Shown: piece after piece, positions 56,004 through 64,000 of the stretch
How positions within the stretch are numbered: position 1 is the stretch's first letter
Layout: every line of letters begins with the position of its first letter
Assembly (NCBI GenBank): GCA_050260635.1
Contig: JBLNCL010000006.1
Span: forward strand, 68,808 to 132,807
Direction of reading: 5' to 3'
Origin: Betaproteobacteria bacterium
GTDB lineage: Bacteria > Bacillota > UBA5301 > DYFA01
Length of the DNA: 64,000 nucleotides
Translations under genes and position numbers: made by a program
Notes under the pieces: generated by a model
Database searches by the model: none
What the model was told of the DNA's origin: nothing
The model's input: the letters and a program-made list of their open reading frames with translations, nothing else

Positions 56004-56443
56004 CAGTGCGCCTCCTCCCGCCACCAACTGATGAGCAAGAGTCCAACCCCCACGACAATGGCGATGTCCGCCACGTTGAAGATGGCTGGGTACCACCGGA
56101 CGTCCAAGAAGTCGCGGACGTAGCCAAAACGAACCCGGTCAATGAGATTCCCCACTGCCCCGGCTGCTGCCAGAGTCAGCCCAGCCTTGGCCCCTAGGCG
56201 CCGTCGGGTGAGCCGCTCATGGAAGCAGGCGGCAAGGGCGACCGCAACCGCCGCAAGGGCGATGAAGAGCAGAGTCCACTGAGGCAACACGCCGAAGGCC
56301 GCCCCGAAGTTCTCCGCCGGGCGCAAACGGAGGAGGCCCGGAATGAGCGACCGAGCCCCGCCGGCGGGGACAAGGCGGCCCACCAGGGCTTTGGTAAACT
56401 GGTCCAGGGCTACGATCGCCGCCCCGACGAGCACGAAACGCAT
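56003..56443 (-). CDS. lspA: Lipoprotein signal peptidase II
   Basis: 146 aa. 4 TM (…NFGAAFGVL…FNVADIAIVVG…). Confidence 0.9.
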   Translation of the reverse strand: MRFVLVGAAIVALDQFTKALVGRLVPAGGARSLIPGLLRLRPAENFGAAFGVLPQWTLLFIALAAVAVALAACFHERLTRRRLGAKAGLTLAAAGAVGNLIDRVRFGYVRDFLDVRWYPAIFNVADIAIVVGVGLLLISWWREEAH

Positions 56444-56513
56444 GTCTAGATTCTACCACACCGGTGGAGCGACCGGCAAACGCCTTCCCCCGCCAGAGAG
56501 CGGTCCGGGCCGG

Positions 56514-57356
56514 TCAGGGTCGGGCGCCGCGGAAAGGCTCCTCGTGGGGACGCCGCCTCTGTCCCCGCCGCCCCAGGTCGTAGAAGTCCTCGGTCAGCTC
56601 GCCGCCTTCGATCCCTCCCTGGCTCGGATCGATCAGGGCGTCGGTCTCCTCCACGAGCCCCAAGTCCTCGTCGGCGTTGTAGAAGGACTCGTCGTAGTTC
56701 ACGGCGTCCGGGACGTCTTGGGGCGAATTGGCCGTCCCGTAGCGGGCCACCGCCTGCCAGGCGTCCTCGGCGTCGAAGGCGTTGCTCTCGCCCGGATCCC
56801 GCTGCGAACCAAAATCCGTCCCGATGCTCAGCAGATCCTCCTCAATCGGCTGGCCGCCCTCGTTTCGCTCCACGGCATTCCGCTCGATCGAATTCTGCTC
56901 CTCTTGGCAGGCCAGGCACCTCGTTGCCTCCGGTTTCGCCTCGAGCCGCTCGGGGTCGATCAGCGCCCCGCAGACCTCGCACCGCCCGTAGGTGCCCTCC
57001 TTCAACCGCTCCCGCGCCCGCTCCACCTGCCTCAGCCGGAGGCGGAGGTTGTCCCGGAGGGCCAAGTCTTTGGCCCGCTCGAAGGTTTCTGTGCCGAGGT
57101 CCGCCGGGTGGTTGTCGTAGGTCGACAGCTCCCCCACCTGGTCGCCCTGGCCGTCCTGTAGCCCGTGCTCCTCCAAAAGCCCAATTTCCTGCCGCAGCCG
57201 CTCCGCCTCCTCGCTCAGGCGAGCGCAGACCCGTCGTGGATCGATTCCTTCGCGTCTCTCCGGCCGCTTCTCCGCCACCGCCGCTCTCCCTTTCCTCGCG
57301 TTGTCGCCACGTTTCGTGGCTGGACTACCGGCTGAACGCCAGCTCATGCTCGACAA
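56514..57356 (-). CDS. DksA/TraR-family C4 zinc-finger protein (YlyA/YteA-like) with a long acidic C-terminal tail
   Basis: Coiled-coil region, then CEVCGALIDPERLEAKPEATRCLAC (CxxC-X17-CxxC). C-terminal ~100 aa rich in D/E. Syntenic with B. subtilis ylyA between ileS and lspA. The true start may be internal, since the listed start overlaps the upstream ORF. Confidence 0.7.
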   Translation of the reverse strand: MSSMSWRSAGSPATKRGDNARKGRAAVAEKRPERREGIDPRRVCARLSEEAERLRQEIGLLEEHGLQDGQGDQVGELSTYDNHPADLGTETFERAKDLALRDNLRLRLRQVERARERLKEGTYGRCEVCGALIDPERLEAKPEATRCLACQEEQNSIERNAVERNEGGQPIEEDLLSIGTDFGSQRDPGESNAFDAEDAWQAVARYGTANSPQDVPDAVNYDESFYNADEDLGLVEETDALIDPSQGGIEGGELTEDFYDLGRRGQRRRPHEEPFRGARP

Positions 57357-57651
57357 TCCGGGCGATGTCGGCGATGAACTGCCCGATCAGGGGCAGGTTC
57401 AACCGGGCCAGCCGCCCGAGGAGCCAGAGGAGCACCGCCGCCACCAGGGTAAAACCGATGGCGATCCCAACCCCCCGCGCCAGTCCGCCCACCAGGTTCA
57501 CCCAGACCACCCGGTGCGGACGGGCGAAGAACTCGGCGTACTCCGCGATGCCGTACTTCTCCCACCCGGCGATGGCCTCGGAGGCACGCAGGAGGAGGTG
57601 CGCCACCTCCTCCTGCCGCCTGTCCCGTTTCGATCTGCCCCTCTGCCTCAT
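57325..57651 (-). CDS. Small conserved hypothetical membrane protein (about 2 TM)
   Basis: 108 aa. Basic N-terminus, then hydrophobic helices (VWVNLVGGLARGVGIAIGFTLVAAVLLWLLG). Confidence 0.45.
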   Translation of the reverse strand: MRQRGRSKRDRRQEEVAHLLLRASEAIAGWEKYGIAEYAEFFARPHRVVWVNLVGGLARGVGIAIGFTLVAAVLLWLLGRLARLNLPLIGQFIADIARIVEHELAFSR

Positions 57652-57700
57652 CCCGGGGCTAGCTTACCCTGGCCGTGTGCTTCCCAAACCTGCTGTACCC

Positions 57701-60565
57701 TTATCTGGCCAACCGGCGCAGCACCCCCGCACAGCGCGGGCAGACGTCCGGGTAGTCTTTGTCCTGCCCCACCTCCGGCGCGTACATCCAGCACCGCGCG
57801 CATTTCTCGCCGGCCGCCCGGCGGACCGCAACGGCCACCTCCTGGTCGCCCGCCGTGTCAGTCAGGGCGCCGGCCGGCCGCTCGTCCCACGGGCGCAGTG
57901 CCACCTGTGAGACGATGAAGACGGTCGGCAACTCCGCCTCGTACCCTTTGAGGAAGGACGCCAGCTCCGGCGAGGCATACACCTCCACCGCCGCCTCGAG
58001 CGAGTTGCCGATGAGCCTTTCCGCCCGGGCCCCCTCTAGCGCCCGGAGGGCGATGTCCCGGACGGCCAGAAGCTTCTCCCACCGGGACTCCAGCCCCTCG
58101 TCGAGCCACTCCCCGGGGACCTCCGGCCAAGGAAGCAGGTGGACACTCTCCGCCTTCTCCGCCTCACCCGAAAGCCCGGCCGGCACGTAATCCCAGATTT
58201 CCTCGGCCGTGTGGACCAGGACCGGAGCGATCAGGCGGACGAGGGTGGTCAGGATCCTGTAAAGGACCGTCTGGGCCGCCCGCCGCTCCTTCGCTCCGGG
58301 CAGGCTGGTGTAAAGGCGGTCCTTCAGGACATCCAGGTAAAAGGCGGAAAGGTCCACCGCACAGAAGTTGTGCACCAGCCGATAGAAGACGTTGAATTGG
58401 TAGGCGTCGAACCCCTCGGTGACGCGGGCGACGACCCTCGCCAGCTTGGCCAGGGCGAACCGGTCGAGTTCGGAGAGTTCGGCATACGGGACGGCGTCCC
58501 GAACCGGGTCGAAGTCGGCCACGTTCGCCAGGAGGAACCGGGCCGTATTCCGGATCCGCCGGTACCCCTCGGCCAGGTGCTTCACGATGTTAGGCGAGAT
58601 CCCGACGTCGTCGGTGTAGTCCACCGAGGCCACCCACAGCCGCAGGATGTCGGCCCCGTACTGCTTGATGACTTCCTCCGGCGCCACCACGTTTCCGAGG
58701 GACTTGGACATCTTCCGGCCTTCCTCGTCCACCACGTAGCCGTGGGTGAGGACCTCCCGATAGGGTGCCCGCCCCTGCGTCGCCACTGCGGTGAGGAGCG
58801 AGGACTGGAACCAGCCGCGATGCTGGTCCGACCCCTCTAAGTAGAGGTCGCTGGGCCAAGCCAGCTCGGGCCGCTCGGGCAGGACCGCCCAGTGGCTGGA
58901 TCCCGAGTCGAACCAGACGTCCATGATGTCGGTTTCCTTGCGGAACTTCCCGGCCCCGCACTTCCCGCAGCTCGTCCCGGCCGGCAGGATTTCCTCCGCC
59001 TCCTTGGCAAACCAGGCGTCCGAGCCTTCCCGGGCGAAGAGCTCCCGCACCGCCGCCAGGCTCTCCTCGGTGATCAGCGGCTCGCCGCACTCCGTACAGT
59101 AAAAGATAGGGATCGGCACGCCCCAAACCCGCTGCCGGGAGATGCACCAGTCGCGCCGCTCCGCCACCATCCCGGCGATGCGCTCCTCACCCCAGGCCGG
59201 GTACCACTTCACCTCGTGGATGGCCTTGAGCGCCTCCCCCCGGAAGCCGTCCACCGAGGCGAACCACTGCTCAGTCGCCCGGAAGACGACCGGGTTCTTG
59301 CAGCGCCAGCAGTGGGGGAACTGGTGGCGGATGGTGCCGCTCTCGGCCAGCGCCCCCGCTGCACGTAGGTCGGAAATGACCGCCTTGTTCCCAGCCTCAA
59401 GGTCCAGTCCCTCGTACTTCCCTGCCTCGGCGGTGAAGCGCCCCTGGTCAGAGACGGGGTTGAGGACCGGCAGGTCGTACTTCTGCCCCACGAGGAAGTC
59501 CTCTTCGCCGTGGCCCGGCGCCGTATGTACGCAGCCCGTCCCGGCGTCGAGGGTCACGTGGGGGCCGAGGATCACCACTGATTCCCGGTCGTAGACCGGA
59601 TCCACGCCGGCCAGCGGGTGTCGGCACCTGATCCCCTCCAGCTCCCGTCCCGCAAAGGTCCGCTCCACCTGCGGCGCTTCCCAGTGGAGAACCTCGCTCA
59701 GGGTTGGGAGCAGCTCTAGGGCCACGACGCAGCGCTCCTCCCCCGCCCGAACCAGGGCGTAGTCGAAGTCGGGATGGAGGCAGATGGCCAGGTTGGCCGG
59801 GATGGTCCAGGGGGTGGTAGTCCAGATGAGGAAGTAGGTCCCCTCCAGCGACACCCCCAGCCTCCCGCCATCCTCTACCACCGGGAAGCGGACGTAGATC
59901 GAGGCCGACTTCTTCTCGGCGTACTCGATCTCGGCCTCGGCCAGGGCGGTCTCGCAAGTGATGCACCAGTAGACCGGCTTCAGCCCCTTGTAGATGTAGC
60001 CTCGCTGGGCCATTTTGCCGAAGACCTCGATCTGGCGGGCTTCGTATTCCGGCTGGAGGGTGAGATACGGGTGCTCCCAATCGCCCCAGACGCCCAGGCG
60101 CTTGAACTCCTCCCGCTGCACGTCCACGAACTTCAGGGCGTACTCCCGGCACTTCCGCCGGAACTCGACCGGCCCTACGGCATGGCGGTTGAGTTGCAGA
60201 TCTCTGATCACCCGGGTCTCGATCGGCAGGCCATGCGTGTCCCACCCCGGCACGTAGGGAGCATGGAAACCCCGGTAGGTCTTATACCGGACCACTATAT
60301 CCTTCAGGATCTTGTTCATGGCGGTCCCGATGTGGATGTGATCGTTGGCGTAGGGCGGCCCGTCATGCAGGATGAACCTGGGCCTCCCCTCCCGCTGGGC
60401 CCGTTCCTGGACCCGCTCGTATAGGCGTTCTTTCTCCCACCGGCGCTGGATCTCCGGCTCCCGCTGAGGCAGCCCCGCCCGCATGGGAAACTCGGTCGCC
60501 GGCAGGTTCAGCGTCCCGCTGTAAGTTCCACCCGGCTGTCGCGTCTCGTCCGTCACTTCCTGCAC
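57701..60565 (-). CDS. ileS: Isoleucine-tRNA ligase
   Basis: 954 aa. HIGH (PYANDHIHIGTAMNK). KMSKS (KMSKSLGN). CP1 editing domain. C-terminal Zn-binding Cys pairs. Confidence 0.95.
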   Translation of the reverse strand: MQEVTDETRQPGGTYSGTLNLPATEFPMRAGLPQREPEIQRRWEKERLYERVQERAQREGRPRFILHDGPPYANDHIHIGTAMNKILKDIVVRYKTYRGFHAPYVPGWDTHGLPIETRVIRDLQLNRHAVGPVEFRRKCREYALKFVDVQREEFKRLGVWGDWEHPYLTLQPEYEARQIEVFGKMAQRGYIYKGLKPVYWCITCETALAEAEIEYAEKKSASIYVRFPVVEDGGRLGVSLEGTYFLIWTTTPWTIPANLAICLHPDFDYALVRAGEERCVVALELLPTLSEVLHWEAPQVERTFAGRELEGIRCRHPLAGVDPVYDRESVVILGPHVTLDAGTGCVHTAPGHGEEDFLVGQKYDLPVLNPVSDQGRFTAEAGKYEGLDLEAGNKAVISDLRAAGALAESGTIRHQFPHCWRCKNPVVFRATEQWFASVDGFRGEALKAIHEVKWYPAWGEERIAGMVAERRDWCISRQRVWGVPIPIFYCTECGEPLITEESLAAVRELFAREGSDAWFAKEAEEILPAGTSCGKCGAGKFRKETDIMDVWFDSGSSHWAVLPERPELAWPSDLYLEGSDQHRGWFQSSLLTAVATQGRAPYREVLTHGYVVDEEGRKMSKSLGNVVAPEEVIKQYGADILRLWVASVDYTDDVGISPNIVKHLAEGYRRIRNTARFLLANVADFDPVRDAVPYAELSELDRFALAKLARVVARVTEGFDAYQFNVFYRLVHNFCAVDLSAFYLDVLKDRLYTSLPGAKERRAAQTVLYRILTTLVRLIAPVLVHTAEEIWDYVPAGLSGEAEKAESVHLLPWPEVPGEWLDEGLESRWEKLLAVRDIALRALEGARAERLIGNSLEAAVEVYASPELASFLKGYEAELPTVFIVSQVALRPWDERPAGALTDTAGDQEVAVAVRRAAGEKCARCWMYAPEVGQDKDYPDVCPRCAGVLRRLAR

Positions 60566-60875
60566 CTCCTGGTTTCGCCGAGGGGCTCAACCGGCCACCC
60601 CGGCCGACACAAAGAAAAAGCCTCCCGCCCCCAAGGGACGAGAAGCCATCTTCCCGCGGTACCACCCTGCTTGGTCCGGCTCAGCGTCGGACCCGCTCTG
60701 AAGGCCTGTCACGTCAGCCTCGCCCGGTGATAACGGTGGGCACCCCGTCCCGGCCTACTCTGCTTCGACCGGGCGACTTCCGGGTGATTTTCTCCGCCGC
60801 TCCAGCCGCCGGGTTTCCACCTTCCCCCAGGCTCTCTAGGGCGTCGCAGCAGGTACTCTCCCGTGCATCGTCTTT
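60566..60875 (-). promoter_or_regulatory. T-box riboswitch (tRNA-Ile, putative AUC specifier) controlling ileS
   Basis: Minus-strand RNA contains the T-box sequence AGCAGGGUGGUACCGCGGG (plus-strand 60653-60671). Upstream lies a Stem-I-like region with an AGAGA motif and GGAGAAAAUCACCC (AUC followed by A). A terminator follows. Confidence 0.8.
60609..60647 (-). terminator. T-box leader terminator
   Basis: GGCUUCUCGUCCC-UUG-GGGGCGGGAGGCU (13 bp, with G-U pairs), followed by UUUUUCUUU. The 5' strand can alternatively pair with the T-box to form the antiterminator. Confidence 0.6.
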
Positions 60876-60881
60876 GGTAGG

Positions 60882-60911
60882 AGTATATTATGCCCCGGGG
60901 CGGGGCGTCAA
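60882..60911 (-). promoter_or_regulatory. Putative sigma-A promoter for the ileS T-box leader
   Basis: On the minus strand: TTGACG, 18 nt, TATACT. The -35 element overlaps the divIVA stop codon. Confidence 0.4.
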
Positions 60912-61348
60912 GGAGCTGTTTTGGCCGGCTCCCCCGCTGCCCCGGCCGGCGCCCCCCCGTCCTCGGCCAGCATGGCCCGGTACGACTCGAGCATCGCCTG
61001 AAACTGGATGGCGAAGAGCCGGCGCTGGTTGCGCAGGGCTTCCAGCCTTTGCGCCTCCTCCCGCACCGCTTGGCGCAAACGCTCCAGTTCGCCAGCGAGC
61101 TGCGGGAACTCCTGCTGCTCAGCGGCGTCAGCCTGCGGCACCACCGTCACCCGGGCTTCTCGCCCCTCCCCTCCGGCCGCCGCGGCCTCGCCTACCCCGG
61201 CCAGCTTCTCTTTCAGCACCTGGTTCTCCCGGAGAAGCTGTTCGTATTCGATCACCACCCGGTCGAGGAACTCGTCCACCTCGGCCTCGTTATACCCCCG
61301 GAAAGACCGGTGGAAAACGGTGTTCTGGATGTCGAGCGGTGTCAGCAT
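60908..61348 (-). CDS. divIVA: Cell-division protein DivIVA
   Basis: 146 aa (MLTPLDIQNTVFHRSFRGYNEAEVDEFLDRVVIEYEQLLRENQVLKEKL…). Coiled coil. Confidence 0.88.
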   Translation of the reverse strand: MLTPLDIQNTVFHRSFRGYNEAEVDEFLDRVVIEYEQLLRENQVLKEKLAGVGEAAAAGGEGREARVTVVPQADAAEQQEFPQLAGELERLRQAVREEAQRLEALRNQRRLFAIQFQAMLESYRAMLAEDGGAPAGAAGEPAKTAP

Positions 61349-61392
61349 CGTCCAGGCCTCCCCTGCCCCCGTCCAACTTGGACCTTGTCTCG

Positions 61393-62175
61393 TCAGAGAT
61401 ACCGTTCTAGCCTCAACCCAAGGCGTCCCTTCTTGGTCGTGCCGGTGATTTCCGCCACCATCAGCCGGCCTCGCCCACGGAGAGCGATCACGTCCCCCGC
61501 CCTCACCTCGGCCGCCGGGTCATCCACCGGCCGCCAGTTGAGCCTAACCCGCATCCCCCTGATTTCCCGGCTCATCTGGGTGCGCGAGGTCCCGAAGCCA
61601 ACGCTGGCCACGGCATCCAGCCGGAGGCTGGCGACCGTAGCGCGGATCTCCTTCTTCCGCTCGGCCGGCGCCGTCACTTCTTCGGGGGCAATCTCCCGAG
61701 CGGTCACGGGAACCCCCGCCACCTCGACCAGCCGCTCCTCCACGGTTGGCGCCAGCTCCTCTACCAGGAAGATGCTTCCGCCCCGGGCATCAGGCAGGAC
61801 GTCGCCGACCTTCTCCGCCTGGACTCCGAGCCTCAGGACGGCGTTCAGCAACTCCTGGCGGGAGGGCGCAGTTGGGAAATCCCCCTCCACCCGCACGGCC
61901 GAAATGCGGTATGAAACCTCCTCCGCCCGTAAGCCTCGCGGTCTTAAGACCAAGCGGCGCCGCTCTGCCCCGGCGTGGCCGCCCACCAGGTCATAGGCAA
62001 GACCCGGGGCCTGTTGCATCAAGAGCCCCGCGAGGGTCTGCGCTGCCTGATCCAGAAAGCCGGTGAGCTGTGGCCGCCCACTGGTCTCGGCCTCGTCCTG
62101 CAAGGCTAGGATTCGCTGGGCCAGGGCCCGCTCCGCATCGGTGGCCAAAAGAGCCAAGAGGTCGTTCCGGTTCAT
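61393..62175 (-). CDS. ylmH: YlmH-type S4-domain RNA-binding protein
   Basis: Conserved ylmG-ylmH-divIVA context. C-terminal S4-like region (…MRVRLNWRPVDDPAAEVRAGDVIALRGRGRL…). I placed the start at MNRNDLL (62175). Confidence 0.8.
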   Translation of the reverse strand: MNRNDLLALLATDAERALAQRILALQDEAETSGRPQLTGFLDQAAQTLAGLLMQQAPGLAYDLVGGHAGAERRRLVLRPRGLRAEEVSYRISAVRVEGDFPTAPSRQELLNAVLRLGVQAEKVGDVLPDARGGSIFLVEELAPTVEERLVEVAGVPVTAREIAPEEVTAPAERKKEIRATVASLRLDAVASVGFGTSRTQMSREIRGMRVRLNWRPVDDPAAEVRAGDVIALRGRGRLMVAEITGTTKKGRLGLRLERYL

Positions 62176-62179
62176 CCGG

Positions 62180-62452
62180 TCATGCCCCCCAGCCCAGGAG
62201 GACGCTGACCAGCACCCGCTGCATGAGTCCCAACAGGAGCATGGCGACAAACGGCGAGAAGTCGATCGGCCCCGTCTGGGGCATGATGCGCCGGATGGGC
62301 GCCAGAATCGGCTCAGTCAAGTCATCCAATAGTCGCGCCGCCGGGTGACGCGGATCCAGGGCGGGCAACCAGGACAGGATCACCCGGAGGAAGATGGCCA
62401 GGTTCATGAGATAAAAAACGGCGTTGACCACCCGCACGAGGTAGTAGCTCAT
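62180..62452 (-). CDS. ylmG: YggT/YlmG family membrane protein
   Basis: 90 aa. 2 TM (…AIFLRVILSWLP…). Follows proC/sepF. Confidence 0.8.
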   Translation of the reverse strand: MSYYLVRVVNAVFYLMNLAIFLRVILSWLPALDPRHPAARLLDDLTEPILAPIRRIMPQTGPIDFSPFVAMLLLGLMQRVLVSVLLGWGA

Positions 62453-63324
62453 GCCGGGGCTCCTTTCTTCTTCTGACTAGGGTGGCTCACCGGGCTAACC
62501 TGCCCGTCCCGCTGCCCCGCCAGCTCTGCCGACCGCCTGGCCCCCGCCTCTACCGCCCGCAAGACGGCGCCCCGGAAGGCCGCCTCTTCAAGGACGGCCA
62601 GTCCGGCGATGGTCGTGCCGGCCGGCGTCGCCACCTGGTCTTTCAGCTCGGCCGGAGGCCGCCCGGTCTCGGCCACCATCTGGGCCGCCCCCCGAACCGT
62701 CTGCACCGCCAGGTCGAGGGCTACCTGGCGCGGAAGGCCGGCCATCACCCCGCCGTCCGCCAGCGCCTCGATGAACACGTAAACGTATGCCGGTGCGCTG
62801 CCCGAGAGGCCGGTCACTGCGTCCATCAGTTGCTCGTCGAGCCAAATCCCCCGCCCGACGCACTCCACCAGCTCGGTGACAACTGCCCGGCGCTCGGCAT
62901 CCATCCCACGCCCCGCCGCCAGCGCCACTACGCCCGCCTTGACCCGGCAGGGTGAGTTTGGCATCGCCCGCACCACCGCCACCCCGCCGGGCAGCCGCGC
63001 TTCCAGCTCAGCCAAGGTCACCCCAGCGGCGATCGACATGACAACCGAACCCGCCCGGAGGCGGGGAGCGATCTCGTCCAGCACGGGTGGGACGACCGGG
63101 GGCTTGACTGCCACCACAACCACGTCCGCCCCGGTGGCCGCGGCGGCGTTGCTAGGCGATACGCCCACCCCGTATTGGCTGCTCAAAGCAGTCAATCGCT
63201 CAGTTCGCGGATCGGTTACGACGATCTGCTTGTGGCTGATCTTGCCGGACGCCAGAAAACCGGAGACCAGGGCTTCGCCCATGACTCCTCCGCCGAGCAC
63301 CGCCACCTGATGGCTTGCTTTCAT
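62449..63324 (-). CDS. proC: Pyrroline-5-carboxylate reductase
   Basis: 291 aa. Rossmann start VAVLGGGVMGEALVSG. P5CR dimerisation C-terminus. Confidence 0.88.
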   Translation of the reverse strand: MKASHQVAVLGGGVMGEALVSGFLASGKISHKQIVVTDPRTERLTALSSQYGVGVSPSNAAAATGADVVVVAVKPPVVPPVLDEIAPRLRAGSVVMSIAAGVTLAELEARLPGGVAVVRAMPNSPCRVKAGVVALAAGRGMDAERRAVVTELVECVGRGIWLDEQLMDAVTGLSGSAPAYVYVFIEALADGGVMAGLPRQVALDLAVQTVRGAAQMVAETGRPPAELKDQVATPAGTTIAGLAVLEEAAFRGAVLRAVEAGARRSAELAGQRDGQVSPVSHPSQKKKGAPA

Positions 63325-63770
63325 GGCTTACCCCCGCCGGACAGGAAAAAGAGCCCATGCTCTTTGAGGCTTATTACGTCCTCCGCATGAATCTCCACGT
63401 TCTCCGGGGCAAAGAGGAAGATCCCGTCGATAACCTTATGCACCGAGCCATTTAGAGCATACACCGCTCCGGTTAGGAAGTCCACCATCCTCCGGGCAGT
63501 GTCGTAGTCGGCGCCGGAGAGATTGCCCACCACCGGGGAGCGGCTCTTGAGGTGATCCACCATGCCCTGGACATCGTCGAACTTGTTCGCCTGGACCACA
63601 AAGACCTTCATGGGCGGTCGAGCGTCCCGGGCGGGAAGACTCACCAAGCGGGCGCTCCGATTGCGCCCTGGCTCCGGAGGCACCTCCTCCTCGTATTCTT
63701 CGTACTCTTCCTCCTCCGCCGCCAGCCCGAAGAACTCCATCAACCGCCGCCATAATCCGTTCAACCCCAC
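63321..63770 (-). CDS. sepF: Cell-division protein SepF
   Basis: N-terminal amphipathic helix plus acidic stretch (LWRRLMEFFGLAAEEEEYEEYEEE). DUF552 core (MKVFVVQANKFDDVQGMVDHLKSRSPVVGNL…). GTG at 63770, preceded by an AGGAGG SD. The listed start is 63854. Confidence 0.85.
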   Translation of the reverse strand: MGLNGLWRRLMEFFGLAAEEEEYEEYEEEVPPEPGRNRSARLVSLPARDARPPMKVFVVQANKFDDVQGMVDHLKSRSPVVGNLSGADYDTARRMVDFLTGAVYALNGSVHKVIDGIFLFAPENVEIHAEDVISLKEHGLFFLSGGGKP

Positions 63771-63783
63771 TGCACCTCCTGAT

Positions 63784-64000
63784 TCACCGCCGGGGGCCGA
63801 AGATTGCCGTACCAATCCGGACAAGCGTCGCGCCTTCTTCCACTGCCACTTCATAATCCTGGCTCATGCCCATCGAGAGCTCCGCCAGTTCCGCTCCGGG
63901 GAGCTGCAACGCGTTCAGCCGCTCGAGCAACCGCCGAAGCTCCCGGAAGATAGGTCGGTTCCGCTCGGCCTCCGGGCTGGCCGGAGCAACCGTCATGAGC
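63784..64000 (-). CDS. ylmE: YggS/YlmE PLP-homeostasis protein (3' portion only; the gene continues past the window end)
   Basis: The C-terminal 70 aa (…ELSMGMSQDYEVAVEEGATLVRIGTAIFGPR) match the YggS family C-terminus. Confidence 0.7.
   Translation of the reverse strand, partial: LMTVAPASPEAERNRPIFRELRRLLERLNALQLPGAELAELSMGMSQDYEVAVEEGATLVRIGTAIFGPRR

Overview
This is a high-GC (about 70%) window from an endospore-forming Firmicute. Spo0A, RemA, SepF/DivIVA and RqcH are all present, and the gene order is almost entirely the conserved housekeeping backbone. The lineage also carries Actinobacteria-like traits: an mIHF-type IHF, a FhaA-type DUF3662-FHA protein and a long-form PyrF, which is reminiscent of Symbiobacterium/Thermaerobacter-like lineages. 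That taxonomic guess cannot be confirmed from the sequence alone. Nearly all genes sit on the minus strand. Reading minus-strand transcription from high to low coordinates: (1) the tail of the cell-division cluster (ylmE, sepF, proC, ylmG, ylmH, divIVA); (2) a T-box(Ile) leader and ileS, then a small membrane protein, ylyA-like, lspA, lgt and rluD; (3) a plus-strand insertion of cheW, a secreted SYLF protein and an opp/dpp-type ABC operon; (4) a 21-gene co-directional pyr+pur array (pyrR-B-C-F-carA-carB-pyrK-D-E, then purE, a leader, then purB-C-S-Q-L-F-M-N-H-D) with overlapping stop/start junctions; (5) pepT; (6) a plus-strand unit rqcH, octaheme c-type cytochrome and small ORF, apparently linked by two GTGA start/stop overlaps; (7) a secreted TPR protein; (8) Ca-ATPase(yloB)-yicC-mIHF-remA-gmk-rpoZ-coaBC-priA-def-fmt-DUF116-Zn peptidase-rsmB, then spo0A, tRNA-Pro and trxB inserted ahead of rlmN-fhaA. 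The most unusual element is a membrane-anchored multiheme (8 CxxCH) cytochrome with a carboxypeptidase-regulatory-like N-terminal domain, wedged between rqcH and pepT. Several listed ORFs have N-terminal extensions that run into upstream genes or the tRNA; I corrected those starts using conserved N-termini and Shine-Dalgarno (SD) sequences. Many very long antisense ORFs are GC-driven artefacts. I saw no CRISPR array, integrase or transposase.
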